Shown: positions 37,639-48,100 of the stretch, one piece after another
Position numbering within the stretch: position 1 is the stretch's first letter
Layout of the letters: each line of letters begins with the position of its first letter
Origin: Spirochaetia bacterium
GTDB taxonomy: Bacteria > Spirochaetota > Spirochaetia > DSM-27196 > Salinispiraceae
Direction of reading: 5' to 3'
DNA length: 64,000 nucleotides
Assembly (NCBI GenBank): GCA_038204425.1
Contig: JBBRCZ010000005.1
Location: forward strand, 96,001-160,000
Notes under the pieces: generated by a model
What the model was told of the DNA's origin: nothing
Databases searched by the model: none
The model's input: only the letters and a program-made list of their open reading frames with translations
Translations under genes and position numbers: made by a program

Positions 37639-38595
37639 ATGGATATCAAAACCTGGGCAGATTCGGTAGTTGCCAACATTGGCAAAGTTATTTACGGAAA
37701 AGAGGCTGTCATTAAACAGATATTGGCGGCCTTACTAGCCAAAGGCCATGTTCTGCTAGATGACGTGCCGGGACTTGGTAAAACAATGCTGGCGCGGTCA
37801 CTGGCTCAAAGCATCGCTTCCAGTGTGTCTCGAATTCAATCTACGCCCGACTTAATGCCAAGTGATGTTTTGGGCGTCTCGGTCTACAACCCATCAGAAA
37901 GTACCTTTAAGTACCGCAAAGGCCCCATTGTTTCTAACTTTGTCCTCGTGGATGAAATAAACCGCGCAACACCGCGTACACAGGCGGCCCTACTAGAAGC
38001 AATGGCGGAACTGCAAATCTCAGTGGAAGGAAAATCCATAGCCTTGCCACAACCCTTTTTCTTGATTGCTACTCAAAACCCCGTTGATTTTGAAGGAACG
38101 TTTCCACTTCCTGAGGCCCAAAAGGACCGATTCTTGATGACCCTATCAATGGGTTACCCGGAGATGGTCACTGAAAAAGAAATATTACGCAATCACAGTG
38201 CGATGCATTCTCCGTTGGAGACTCTGCAGTCGGTTACCAAACTGGAAGAAATTGGACCATTGCAGGAAGCGGTGACCAAGATCCACGTTTCAGAAGCCAT
38301 TGCTGACTATATTCTCAATCTTGGCAATGCAACTCGAAATAACCAGAACTTACGCATGGGTATTTCACCGCGCGGTACTCTTGCTCTCTATCGTTGTTCC
38401 CAAGCGCTCGCAGCTATCAATGGAAGAGATTATGTAATTCCTGACGACATAAAAAATTTAATGGTGCCCGTTTTTATTAGTAGAATTCTCTTAAAGCCAA
38501 GTGCTTTGGTAAAGGGATTAGACGCATTGTCGGTTTTGAAGTCAATTCAAGACGAAGTTCCGTCCCCACTTTTGGCGGACGTTCACAAGAGCTAG
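37639..38595 (+). CDS. MoxR family AAA+ ATPase
   Basis: DVPGLGKT, RIQSTPDLMPSD, DEINRA, ATQNP, FPLPEAQKDRF, GISPR. Confidence 0.96.
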   Translation: MDIKTWADSVVANIGKVIYGKEAVIKQILAALLAKGHVLLDDVPGLGKTMLARSLAQSIASSVSRIQSTPDLMPSDVLGVSVYNPSESTFKYRKGPIVSNFVLVDEINRATPRTQAALLEAMAELQISVEGKSIALPQPFFLIATQNPVDFEGTFPLPEAQKDRFLMTLSMGYPEMVTEKEILRNHSAMHSPLETLQSVTKLEEIGPLQEAVTKIHVSEAIADYILNLGNATRNNQNLRMGISPRGTLALYRCSQALAAINGRDYVIPDDIKNLMVPVFISRILLKPSALVKGLDALSVLKSIQDEVPSPLLADVHKS

Positions 38596-38596
38596 T

Positions 38597-39895
38597 ATGA
38601 AGTTCAATTGGTTCTTTGTTATCTTGGCCATATTACTTGCGTTGATTTTTCCAAACTATATTATTCAAGTCTCTGCTAAACTCTTGCTTTCGATACTCTT
38701 TGTCTCTTGGATGCTTTCAAAGCTACCGCGCAAGCAATTGCATTTAGAAGTTGAGCAAGTGGTTCTGCGTAGTTTTTTGCGCGAACATTTCACTATTAGG
38801 ATTACGATAGTTAACAAAGGGGTAATCCCGGTACTCAATTTAGCTATCCGTGATGGCAGTGGTGGCTTGATAGTTGAGAAAAAAAACAGCGTCGTTTGTG
38901 ATATCTATGGTCGTTCGCGTAGCAGTTTTGACTATACTGTGAGTTCCCAGACTCGTGGCCTGTATAAGCTTGGACCGGTGGTTCTTTCTGGTTCAGATCC
39001 ACTTGGTTTTTTTCCTTGGACAGTAGAACTAAAGCTTGAAAGACTGGTCTTCGTTTTTCCTGGCATAATGGCATACAATTTTATTCCTCGACATGGTTTG
39101 ACAGGTGGACCAATGGCCTCAATCCACCCCATGCACCTTGATACGACCCAGATTAGGTCTGTTAGAGACTACCAAACTGGTGATGATCCTCGTTACATTC
39201 ACTGGAAAGCGAGCGCGTCTAGCGGTACGCTGCGCGTCAAAGAACATGCCAAGACGATTTTGGTCCCCTACTACATTATCCTTAACCTTCGCGAGTCGGA
39301 CTATGCTCAAAAGCGTCGCGCTGCTCACCTCGAACGCTGCATCGAAGCTGCTGCTGCTTTTATTGAAGAGGCCACCAAACAACGCTGCTCACTGGGCTTT
39401 CTGACCAACGGCATCCTTCCCGAAGAGTCTCGCCCCTATTTTGGCGTAAAAACTATGGAATCTGAGAAGACCGTTTTTGCAAAAGCAAAACCTGGACAAG
39501 TCATCGTCGCTAAAGCCGCCCATGATCCAATTCATCTACCTGTTTCTCCTGCCTATAGCGTTGCCAGTCAACTCTTGTCTATACTTTCTGTAATAGGTGT
39601 CAGACTCGACAATTTGCCACTTAGCGAAATGTTTTTGCATTTGCAACTACATCTCTATCCCAGAATTCTCGTTATAACGCCACCGATAGCCCCTGAGGAG
39701 TTCACCAGTATAGTTTCTACCGTGCCGCGCAATTGCAAATTGGACATGTGGTTTTTGGACGAACATCAAGACCGACAAGACAGAATCGATCATCGAGCTG
39801 CTCCCCCTTTGAGCCACATTACTTTAAAGAAACTTCCAGAGTTTGGATCAGAACTAGAAAGTGTTAGTCATGTTGGAGAATTAGATCATGTCTAA
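38597..39895 (+). CDS. DUF58 domain-containing protein
   Basis: RGLYKLGP, DPLGFF, VRDYQTGDDPRYIHWKASA. Confidence 0.9.
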   Translation: MKFNWFFVILAILLALIFPNYIIQVSAKLLLSILFVSWMLSKLPRKQLHLEVEQVVLRSFLREHFTIRITIVNKGVIPVLNLAIRDGSGGLIVEKKNSVVCDIYGRSRSSFDYTVSSQTRGLYKLGPVVLSGSDPLGFFPWTVELKLERLVFVFPGIMAYNFIPRHGLTGGPMASIHPMHLDTTQIRSVRDYQTGDDPRYIHWKASASSGTLRVKEHAKTILVPYYIILNLRESDYAQKRRAAHLERCIEAAAAFIEEATKQRCSLGFLTNGILPEESRPYFGVKTMESEKTVFAKAKPGQVIVAKAAHDPIHLPVSPAYSVASQLLSILSVIGVRLDNLPLSEMFLHLQLHLYPRILVITPPIAPEEFTSIVSTVPRNCKLDMWFLDEHQDRQDRIDHRAAPPLSHITLKKLPEFGSELESVSHVGELDHV

Positions 39896-41435
39896 AATGA
39901 ATAAGAGCGACAACCTAACCTTGGGCTTTCTGTCTACAATCTCGGTACTTGCCTTTTTTATGCTTTTTTCCAATCTTATCTTTGTCTTCTTCCGCTCTGC
40001 TTTTGAAACTGTACTTTTGTACAACATCGTTTGCTTTTTTTTGTTGTTAGCTGAGCATATCTTCGATGCTTTGAGCAGGCAGCGAGGCGCTAGGACTAGT
40101 TCTTCTATGGCGAGAACCGCAATCTTACTTGCCCTTCTAAATTACGCCTCTATTTCCTTGCTCACAGGCACGAGCTTTCCTTCTATGTTTATTCCAAATG
40201 CGCTTTCGATTAGTAGCACAATCATTGCGCCCATGGCTGCCTTGTTGGCGTCAAGCCTTGCTATGAAGTTGCATTCCAGGCAGCAGATGAATAGTTTGGT
40301 TAAGGGCGCTGACACCCAGCATGCTCTCTCAGACATCTTCGCCAGTCACTCAAGCATGGTCATCAACAGCCACAAAATGGCCAAGTCTCTACGCTCAACT
40401 TCACGCACGCTCCTATTTTTGTCGATAGTTTTGGTGATCATCTTTAGCTTTGCCGGCGACGCAACGCCATTTGTAATAACATGGTTTTTGCTGACGGTAA
40501 TTTGCACCTTGTCCCTCATGGGTAACGCACAAGCTTACATCGAAGAACATAGGTTTTTCCAGTTTGGACTTGCATCTAGTGAGGATTCTCAAAAAAAGAA
40601 ACAAAATGCTTCTCTTCTTTTGATTCTTACCTGTTTGATTTTTTCTTTTGCAGCATCAAACAATAAGGCACCCTTGAGTCCCGCCCTAGTTGGTCAATTT
40701 CTTGCTTCTATTTTTTCACCATCAAGAAGTGTGACCCGAAGTGATAACTACTTGGACGACTATCGAATTGAAACCAATCAATATGAACGAGTTATTGATC
40801 AGACCCTTCCTGGTCTTGGTACTAGCATCAAAACGGTGCCCTTCTTTGAGAACTTTTTTGTCGCCTTGCAGTATATTTTGGTATTCGGCTTACTGATTGC
40901 CCTGCTCTACTTCTTACTAAAGCCGATGATCGCGGAAAAACTAGGCTTTGTGCAAATACTAAAGCAGATTCTGCTACAGTTCCTTGGCTTTATATTTGGG
41001 CCTTTTAGGCTATTAGTTGCCGCAATGAGACAAGTCGGCAAAAGAAAGCCTAAGAAGCAAGATCTGAATTCTGGTTTAAAATCAGTTAAGCCGCGCGAGT
41101 ATATTGAATCACTAATTAAGAACGCCGCAGTCGAAAAGAGTAAAGAAAAGAAATCTCTCGCTCGTTCATTGATGATTTATTTGGAATTTTTGGAATGGCT
41201 ATATAGTAAAGGATTTCGTTGGTCTCTCTCGGACACACCACAGGAAATTAGCCAAAACAGTGCAACATTTACGACGGCCTCACAGTCTCAAATGGTAGAA
41301 AAACTAGCAAACTTGCTAGAACGCGACCTTTTTTCGTTAAACAGACTAGATGAAGCTTCACTTGGGTTTATGTCGAAGCTCGTTGTTGATCTAAGGACGA
41401 AGGTCGATGGCTCAAGTACCAAGCGAACTGATTAA
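39888..41435 (+). CDS. Membrane protein, possible C-terminal DUF4129
   Basis: Multiple TM segments; C-terminal IYLEFL...SDTPQE pattern; typical third gene of MoxR-DUF58 operons. Confidence 0.65.
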   Translation: MSKMNKSDNLTLGFLSTISVLAFFMLFSNLIFVFFRSAFETVLLYNIVCFFLLLAEHIFDALSRQRGARTSSSMARTAILLALLNYASISLLTGTSFPSMFIPNALSISSTIIAPMAALLASSLAMKLHSRQQMNSLVKGADTQHALSDIFASHSSMVINSHKMAKSLRSTSRTLLFLSIVLVIIFSFAGDATPFVITWFLLTVICTLSLMGNAQAYIEEHRFFQFGLASSEDSQKKKQNASLLLILTCLIFSFAASNNKAPLSPALVGQFLASIFSPSRSVTRSDNYLDDYRIETNQYERVIDQTLPGLGTSIKTVPFFENFFVALQYILVFGLLIALLYFLLKPMIAEKLGFVQILKQILLQFLGFIFGPFRLLVAAMRQVGKRKPKKQDLNSGLKSVKPREYIESLIKNAAVEKSKEKKSLARSLMIYLEFLEWLYSKGFRWSLSDTPQEISQNSATFTTASQSQMVEKLANLLERDLFSLNRLDEASLGFMSKLVVDLRTKVDGSSTKRTD

Positions 41436-42080
41436 GTCTCTCAAGTAAGCTGCTTCTTCGTAGTTTTCGTCACTGATAGCTTTCTCGAGTTGCATAGTTA
41501 GAACGGCTCGTTGGACATCGGAAGATGTTTCTAAGAGATTTCCGTCTTGGAAGGCGGCGTCATCGATGCCAGTCGGTTCTTCATCTATCCTATTGAACTG
41601 CAGAGTCTCTTGTATTTTTAAGAGCAATGACTCTTCGCTGCTTCCTACTTGATCAGCAACTTCTTCAATCATCTGCATAGGTATGCTAGCTTCATCAATT
41701 ATAAACTCTGCCACAAAAATTTGACATTTTACTCGTGCTGCCAGGCCCAAAGCATCACTGGGTCGTGCATCCAAAACAATTTTTTTGATGCCTTGCTTGA
41801 GCAAAATTCTTGAGAAATAGGTTCCGTCCTGACAATCGTTTATTTCAATTCTTTCAACTTGCGCGTGCATTTTTTCTATCAGCGTCAAAAATAGATCATG
41901 AGTCAAAGGCCGTGGCATGGCTATGTTTCCGATACCTATCAGGATAGAATGCGCTTCTAGCTGACCGATAAATATCGGTATGGCGCGATCGCTTCCAATT
42001 GGCTTAACCAACACTGCCGTGCCTTTATCTGTTTTTGCTACTGTCCATATTTCTACTTCAACCAACATTGCATTACGCAT
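41412..42080 (-). CDS. Bifunctional nuclease family (DUF151) with C-terminal UVR motif
   Basis: IPIFIGQLEA, PRPLTHDL, DARPSDALGLA, AISDENYEEAAYLRD. Confidence 0.92.
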   Translation of the reverse strand: MRNAMLVEVEIWTVAKTDKGTAVLVKPIGSDRAIPIFIGQLEAHSILIGIGNIAMPRPLTHDLFLTLIEKMHAQVERIEINDCQDGTYFSRILLKQGIKKIVLDARPSDALGLAARVKCQIFVAEFIIDEASIPMQMIEEVADQVGSSEESLLLKIQETLQFNRIDEEPTGIDDAAFQDGNLLETSSDVQRAVLTMQLEKAISDENYEEAAYLRDLISSLGT

Positions 42081-42111
42081 ATCTTAATAGTATCCGGTTT
42101 TTTCCAAAATT

Positions 42112-42897
42112 TCAAAGTTGATTTCGGCAAAATTCGACTGCATTCATAAATAGTCTCATGCCGGAACTTGGGTAGTGCCTTGAGCTGTTAAGATGGGCGC
42201 CAAAAACATTAGGCCAACAAGGGTCTTGGTCCAAATGAACAGACGCTTCTGGGTGAGGCATTAGTCCAAGAACTCTGCCACTTGGGTCGGTTATGCCAGC
42301 TAAGGCCTGATAGGATCCATTTGGGTTCTCACCTTCATACCAAAAAGCAGCCAAATTTAGATCTTTAATGGCGTTTTTTACAAACTCTGAGCCCGGCACT
42401 AATCTACCCTCTCCATGTCGAATTGGGACTCGCATTTGACCTAAGCCCTTTAGCCATGGCGACCTGTTGTGCTGATTTACTTTTAGACTTACCCATTTAT
42501 TGATAAAGTGGCCCGATGTGTTGTGAACAAGGGCCAGCTCAGGCTCAATTTTACCACTGATATTTGGAACCAAACCCATCTTACTAATGGTCTGAAATCC
42601 ATTACAAATACCGATGACCAAATTTCCTTTGTTTAAGAACGCCTGAAACTCTTCCTTCATGCGAGTCTTAAGCATATGCGACAGAACTCTTCCTGAGCCA
42701 AGATGGTCACCAAAAGAAAAGCCGCCTGCAAATCCGATGATCTGAAACGCCGCCAACTTCCAAGGTTCTGCAAGCAGGTCTTTGACATGAAGCAAATCTA
42801 CCGAGGCACCTGCTTGTTCAAAGGCTGCGGCCAGCTCTTGATCGGCGTTGATGCCATAGCCGGTTAGGACAAGCGTTTTTACTTTAGATGACTTCAT
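42112..42897 (-). CDS. purQ: FGAM synthase glutaminase subunit
   Basis: GGFSFGD, GICNGFQ, HGEG, NPNGS, GLMPHPE. ATG 42897. Confidence 0.95.
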   Translation of the reverse strand: MKSSKVKTLVLTGYGINADQELAAAFEQAGASVDLLHVKDLLAEPWKLAAFQIIGFAGGFSFGDHLGSGRVLSHMLKTRMKEEFQAFLNKGNLVIGICNGFQTISKMGLVPNISGKIEPELALVHNTSGHFINKWVSLKVNQHNRSPWLKGLGQMRVPIRHGEGRLVPGSEFVKNAIKDLNLAAFWYEGENPNGSYQALAGITDPSGRVLGLMPHPEASVHLDQDPCWPNVFGAHLNSSRHYPSSGMRLFMNAVEFCRNQL

Positions 42898-42899
42898 AT

Positions 42900-45800
42900 C
42901 TATTTCCAATCCAGCTTCCAAGCTGCACGAATCTGTTCAAGACTCAAAGAAATGTTCTTTGCGCCGGTTTGATTCCAAGAGATGCTGACATGGTTCTTAC
43001 TGCAAACCTGACCGAGGCGATTCAAGTATGATTTTTCCAGTCCGATAAACTGAGCAAGAAACTCTGCTTCTGCCTCTGGTCTTAGGCTAAGCACAAGGCG
43101 AGAGGGGCCTTCGCCGTAAAGTACGCAGGCAAGAAGCCATTCTTCGCTAAAATTCTGCCCTTGATAGTAGGTTTCTAGTTCGTATAACAGACTATCGACA
43201 TTGAGATCAACGCCTAAGTTAGCAAAAAGTGCTTTCTCAGCCAAAGCACAGACTAGTCCGCCGTCAGAGACATCGTGGGCACTTTCGACTAGACCTTTCT
43301 TAATTGCGTCGGCAAGTCGTCGATAGCGCTTTGCAGCCGCGATTAGGTCGAGATCGGGTGCTAAGCCTAGATGGTCGGTACCTTGTTTCTGTAATTGGTG
43401 CTCAAGAACTGAACCGCCAAGTGCATCGGATTGTGGACCAAGCAAATAGACGATGCTTCCATCTGACACAAATCCTGAAGCTGGGGTTAATCGAACATCA
43501 GGGACTATACCCATCAAGCTGATTAATAGAGTTGGCCTAACTGAGATCTTCTTTCCGCCAACCCTTGCATCATTCTTCATGCTGTCTTTGCCTGATATCA
43601 AGGGTAAATTGTAGGCCCGACATGCCGCTTGCAAGGCTTGGTTGGCTCTGACTAACTGCGCCATTTTGTACTTACCATCGCTATTGTCTGGTCCAAAGAC
43701 AGGATCGGGCCAACAAAAATTGTCTAAGAGGCTGGCCTTGTCTGGATCACCTGCCAACGCTATATGGGAGCGATATGCCTCGTCAACAGCCATTAGGGTC
43801 ATTTTGGCCGTATCATCATCGCCGACGCGTGGGCAAATACCATGAGTAACACTAAGACCGCGCTGACTTCCGCTAACCGGCCTAAGTACTGCTCCATCCG
43901 ACGGCGCGTCTTGATTTATACCTTGGTAAGGCTTGGTCTTGGTAGCGGCCTGTACTTCGTGGTCATACCTGCGAACCAAGTCCTCTCGTGACCTAACGTT
44001 GATGTGTCCCAAGACTTCCTGCCAGGTCTGAACACCATTTCTAAGTGCACTTGCAAGTGCCTCTAAAGACTTTGTGTGTTCTGAGTCTTTTGTACTTAGT
44101 GCACCCAGTGATTTTCTCTTTTGTAAGTCTTCTTGCCAAACGGCTTGCAACTTCATAGCCGGCAGTCCTTCATGTACAAAATCCATGCTCAGATATGCCA
44201 CGCGTTTAGCGTTAAATTTTAAATCAACAAACCCAGAATCAGTGAAGCTTCCTATCACTGTAGCTTCCACATCTCTTTGGCGTGCAAGCAAAAGAAACTT
44301 TTCTTTTAGTGCCGGGTCAACGGCCAAACTCATTCTTTCTTGGCTTTCGGAAACCCATATTTCCCAAGCACTAAGGCCAGGGTATTTTACAGGTGCCTTT
44401 TCGAGTTCAATGCAAATACCGCCTGAACCCTGTGCCATTTCTCCCAAAGAAGAAGACAGTCCACCTGCGCCATTGTCAGTGATGCCACGGTACAGACCAA
44501 GGTCACGCGCTTCTAAAAGAAAGTCTCTTACTCTTCGTTGTGTAATTGGATCGCCTATTTGAACTGCGGAGCTTGGAGATTCTTCGTCGAGAGCGAGGCT
44601 AGAAAACGTCGCTCCATGGATGCCGTCTTTTCCAATACGACCACCTAACATCACAGCCAAGTCTCCGGGCAAAACATGCTTAATCCAAGAGAACTCACCA
44701 CCGATTTCTCGCGGCATAATGCCACCTGTTCCGCAGTAAACTAGCGGTTTGCCAAGGTATGATTCATCAAAAATAAATCCGCCAGCCGCAGTTGGGATAC
44801 CGCTTTGGTTGCCGCCATCGATGATTCCTTCATGAACCCCATGCATTATCCTCCGTGGACTTAGCAATCCTTTGGGAACGTCTTGATCGGGTGTGGAAGG
44901 ATCGGCAAAGCACAAAACATTAGTATTAAATATTGGTTTGGCACCTTTGCCAGTACCTAATATGTCACGATTAACGCCAACGATACCCGTTATTGCACCA
45001 CCGTAGGGGTCGAGGGCAGAAGGAGAATTGTGCGTTTCTACCTTAAAACAAACCACGTGCTGATCGTCAAAATCCACAACTCCGGCATTATCATAAAACA
45101 CTGAGCGCAGATCCGGTCTTTGAGCGCTTAGCTCTTGGGTGGTGTCTTTTATATACGTTTTGAATAGACTTTTTATGTTTTGAATTTTGCCGTTTTCAGA
45201 CTCTCGATAATCTACTTCAGCAGCAAATATCTTGTGTTTGCAATGCTCGCTCCAAGACTGAGCTAGCATTTCGAGTTCTACATCACTGATCTTGCTAACT
45301 AATCCTGCATGCGCTCGGATCGCCTGAGTTTTTGGGTCACTAAAATGATTACGTATGACAATCATTTCCCCAAGCGTCAAAGCCAGCAAACGATCTTTAC
45401 TCAAAGACAGCAGTTGATCGTTGTTCATCTGAGCGATATCAATAAAGAGGCTATCTTCAACATTACCCAAGGCAACACCCTTGTACAGGGCCGGAAAGAA
45501 ATTTCCAGAAGCCATGTCTTGGTAGCTTCTAATCTCGCTTCGTTGGATTAGCGGATTGTGCAGAAGCTTTGCGATGTCCCTTAGCTGCTCGTCCCTCAAG
45601 TCTATGCGGCTATAAAAAACAATTTGTTTGCCAGATTGAACAAAGGCAGGAGGGTGTCCTTCTTTTCCGTGTTCTAGCCATAATGCTTCACTGGCAGTTA
45701 TCCCAACCGGGTCGGTAACACCTGCCTTAAAAGTAGTCTCGATGGCGAAATTCCAATCTTTTCCAAAAGCCAAAGCTGCAGCTTGGTCAATATACCAGTC

Positions 45801-45989
45801 CTGAACAATGGGGTCCGAAAATATGGTCTTAATGCTTGCGGCTTTTGGTTCTAGTTGATCAGGAATACAATAGACATCAACGACTCTGATTCTTTCTATC
45901 AGCGGTCCAAACTGGGCGCTGATGAGCTCTTGAACAGCTGCTTCTCGGCCATCACCTGTCTCAATTTTGTTGACAACTTCTATTCTCAT
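42900..45989 (-). CDS. purL: FGAM synthase synthetase subunit with fused PurS-like N-terminus
   Basis: QSWSEHCKHK, KVETHNSPS, DNGAGG, SESQERM, GKDSM, HDVSDGG. Confidence 0.95.
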   Translation of the reverse strand: MRIEVVNKIETGDGREAAVQELISAQFGPLIERIRVVDVYCIPDQLEPKAASIKTIFSDPIVQDWYIDQAAALAFGKDWNFAIETTFKAGVTDPVGITASEALWLEHGKEGHPPAFVQSGKQIVFYSRIDLRDEQLRDIAKLLHNPLIQRSEIRSYQDMASGNFFPALYKGVALGNVEDSLFIDIAQMNNDQLLSLSKDRLLALTLGEMIVIRNHFSDPKTQAIRAHAGLVSKISDVELEMLAQSWSEHCKHKIFAAEVDYRESENGKIQNIKSLFKTYIKDTTQELSAQRPDLRSVFYDNAGVVDFDDQHVVCFKVETHNSPSALDPYGGAITGIVGVNRDILGTGKGAKPIFNTNVLCFADPSTPDQDVPKGLLSPRRIMHGVHEGIIDGGNQSGIPTAAGGFIFDESYLGKPLVYCGTGGIMPREIGGEFSWIKHVLPGDLAVMLGGRIGKDGIHGATFSSLALDEESPSSAVQIGDPITQRRVRDFLLEARDLGLYRGITDNGAGGLSSSLGEMAQGSGGICIELEKAPVKYPGLSAWEIWVSESQERMSLAVDPALKEKFLLLARQRDVEATVIGSFTDSGFVDLKFNAKRVAYLSMDFVHEGLPAMKLQAVWQEDLQKRKSLGALSTKDSEHTKSLEALASALRNGVQTWQEVLGHINVRSREDLVRRYDHEVQAATKTKPYQGINQDAPSDGAVLRPVSGSQRGLSVTHGICPRVGDDDTAKMTLMAVDEAYRSHIALAGDPDKASLLDNFCWPDPVFGPDNSDGKYKMAQLVRANQALQAACRAYNLPLISGKDSMKNDARVGGKKISVRPTLLISLMGIVPDVRLTPASGFVSDGSIVYLLGPQSDALGGSVLEHQLQKQGTDHLGLAPDLDLIAAAKRYRRLADAIKKGLVESAHDVSDGGLVCALAEKALFANLGVDLNVDSLLYELETYYQGQNFSEEWLLACVLYGEGPSRLVLSLRPEAEAEFLAQFIGLEKSYLNRLGQVCSKNHVSISWNQTGAKNISLSLEQIRAAWKLDWK

Positions 45990-46022
45990 ATGGCACTCCC
46001 GGAGTTTTAATAATTTGGCCCA

Positions 46023-47303
46023 TTAAAGATTGGCAAAATCCAGAGTGGAAAAATGGTCCTCTAGTGTCTCGGCTCGACGAATCAATTTTACGTTGCCGTC
46101 CACCTTGATCAAAAGCTCTGCTGACCGCAACTTTCCATTGTAGTTGAAGCCCATTGAATGACCATGAGCTCCGGTGTCATGTATGACTATCAAGTCCCCA
46201 TCGTCAATTTTTGGCAAGGCTCTGTCAATCGCAAACTTGTCGTTGTTCTCGCAGAGACTACCGGTTACATCGTAGACATGGTCAGCAGCTTGGTCTTCTT
46301 TACCAAGAACAGTAAGGTGATGATACGCGCCGTACATACCCGGTCGCATCAAATTGGCCATGCAGGAGTCAAGCCCAACGTACTGTTTGTATATGTCCTT
46401 GTGATGTATTGCTCTGCTCACCAAAAAGCCGTGTGGACCTGTAAGGTATCGCCCATTCTCACTCACCAAACCAAGGTGTTTGAGATTGGTGCTCGACAAC
46501 AATTTTTGGTGTAAATTGTGGATCTCTGACGCAACGTACTCAATATCAACTTCGTTTTGGTCCGGTCGATAAGGAATACCAATACCTCCGCCTAGATTAA
46601 CAAACTCAACTACAATTCCAGTGCTCTTTTGAATCTCAAGTGCCAATTCAAAAAGCATTCTCGCTGTTTCTACAAAATAGTCGGCGTTTAGCTCATTTGA
46701 AGCCACCATGGTGTGCAAACCAAATCGTTTAACACCCCAGCTCTGCGCCGTTCTATATGCTTCAATAATCTGTTGTCGAGTCAAACCGTACTTTGCTTCT
46801 TCTGGTTTGCCAATAAGTACATTGCCCTCTCTCAGCGGACCAGGATTGTATCTAAAGGCTAGCAAGTCGGGCAATCCAACTTGGTTCTTCAAATAGTCGA
46901 GATGGCTAATATCGTCTAGATTGACTATAGCGCCTAAATCTAGCGCGCGTTTGTATTCTTCGGCTTTAGTATTGTTAGAAGTAAAGAAAATTCTCTCGCC
47001 TCGCACACCAACGCGATGACACAGTTCTAGCTCGGCAACACTGGAGCAGTCAAATCCAGACCCATTGTCTGCCAATAATTTTAGAATATGAGGATTGGGA
47101 AGAGCCTTTACTGCATAGTGATTTCTAAAGGCCTTCTTCCCTTTTGAAGCTTCTGCCACCCAAGCAAATGCGTCATGCAGACGCTTGTTGGTGTCCAGTA
47201 TTCCTTTTCCGTCATATAGGTGAAAAGGCGTGGGATAGGTTTTAATAAGATCATCTATAAAAGATTTATCAAAAGGTAAGGTTTTGGTTTTACCGAGCTG
47301 CAC
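46023..47303 (-). CDS. lysA: Diaminopimelate decarboxylase
   Basis: YAVKA PLP lysine, NLGGG, ENGR, GSLCENND, TGAHGHSMGFNYNG. Confidence 0.95.
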   Translation of the reverse strand: MQLGKTKTLPFDKSFIDDLIKTYPTPFHLYDGKGILDTNKRLHDAFAWVAEASKGKKAFRNHYAVKALPNPHILKLLADNGSGFDCSSVAELELCHRVGVRGERIFFTSNNTKAEEYKRALDLGAIVNLDDISHLDYLKNQVGLPDLLAFRYNPGPLREGNVLIGKPEEAKYGLTRQQIIEAYRTAQSWGVKRFGLHTMVASNELNADYFVETARMLFELALEIQKSTGIVVEFVNLGGGIGIPYRPDQNEVDIEYVASEIHNLHQKLLSSTNLKHLGLVSENGRYLTGPHGFLVSRAIHHKDIYKQYVGLDSCMANLMRPGMYGAYHHLTVLGKEDQAADHVYDVTGSLCENNDKFAIDRALPKIDDGDLIVIHDTGAHGHSMGFNYNGKLRSAELLIKVDGNVKLIRRAETLEDHFSTLDFANL

Positions 47304-47386
47304 ATTGGTCTCCTAATCATTTAGAAAACGTGTGCGAAACAGCTCATTTAAAGATCAAAATTGCTTTTTTTCGCACACTTTGGGTA

Positions 47387-48046
47387 CTATTCTTTAGATC
47401 CTCTGATGCTGATGCGAACTTGTTTATACAAACCTTCGCCTTCACTCTTGGTTTCTAATTCGCCCACGTCAGCCAAAGCTGTATGGATTAGGCGTCTTTC
47501 AAACGGGTTCATTGGCTCGAGCAGACGGGACTTCCTGGTTCTCATTACTTGATCGCCCAATTTCTGAGCCAAACGAACCAAGGCTTCTTCTCTTCTGCCT
47601 CGATAGTTTTCTGAATCAATTATGACCTTGTAATCCTGATCAACAAGCCGTGCGGCGATGATGTTGGCCAAAACCTGGATGGCATCTAAGTTTTTGCCTT
47701 TTTTGCCAATCAAAATGCTGGCAAATTCTGAATCCAATCTAATGCCGATCTTATCCTCTTCTCTATAGAGAATAACGATCTTGGTCGGATAACCCATGCG
47801 TTCGGTGAGTCCCATTAAAAAGTCTACCAAGGCATGTTCAAGATCATTCTGTGGTTCTGGGTTCATGCTCATCGCTATTTTTTGGTGGGTATGAACTCTA
47901 ATCACTACCTTCTTTTGGAAATTAAAGAGGCCAGACTTTTGCGTTTCCATCAACTCAATGTCAAATTCGTCTCGCTCGAGTCCCAATGCTTGTACGGCAG
48001 CATCGATCGCCTCTTTTTCTGTCTTTCCTTCAAACTCGTAAACCAT
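47387..48046 (-). CDS. jag: RNA-binding protein Jag/EloR (KH + R3H)
   Basis: Jag_N (EFEGKT), LIGKKGKNLDAIQ, MNPFERRLIH. Confidence 0.96.
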   Translation of the reverse strand: MVYEFEGKTEKEAIDAAVQALGLERDEFDIELMETQKSGLFNFQKKVVIRVHTHQKIAMSMNPEPQNDLEHALVDFLMGLTERMGYPTKIVILYREEDKIGIRLDSEFASILIGKKGKNLDAIQVLANIIAARLVDQDYKVIIDSENYRGRREEALVRLAQKLGDQVMRTRKSRLLEPMNPFERRLIHTALADVGELETKSEGEGLYKQVRISIRGSKE

Positions 48047-48100
48047 TCGTTATAACTCCCCGGCCGCTTGGACTGCGACCGATTCAAAAAAGATGCTCTT

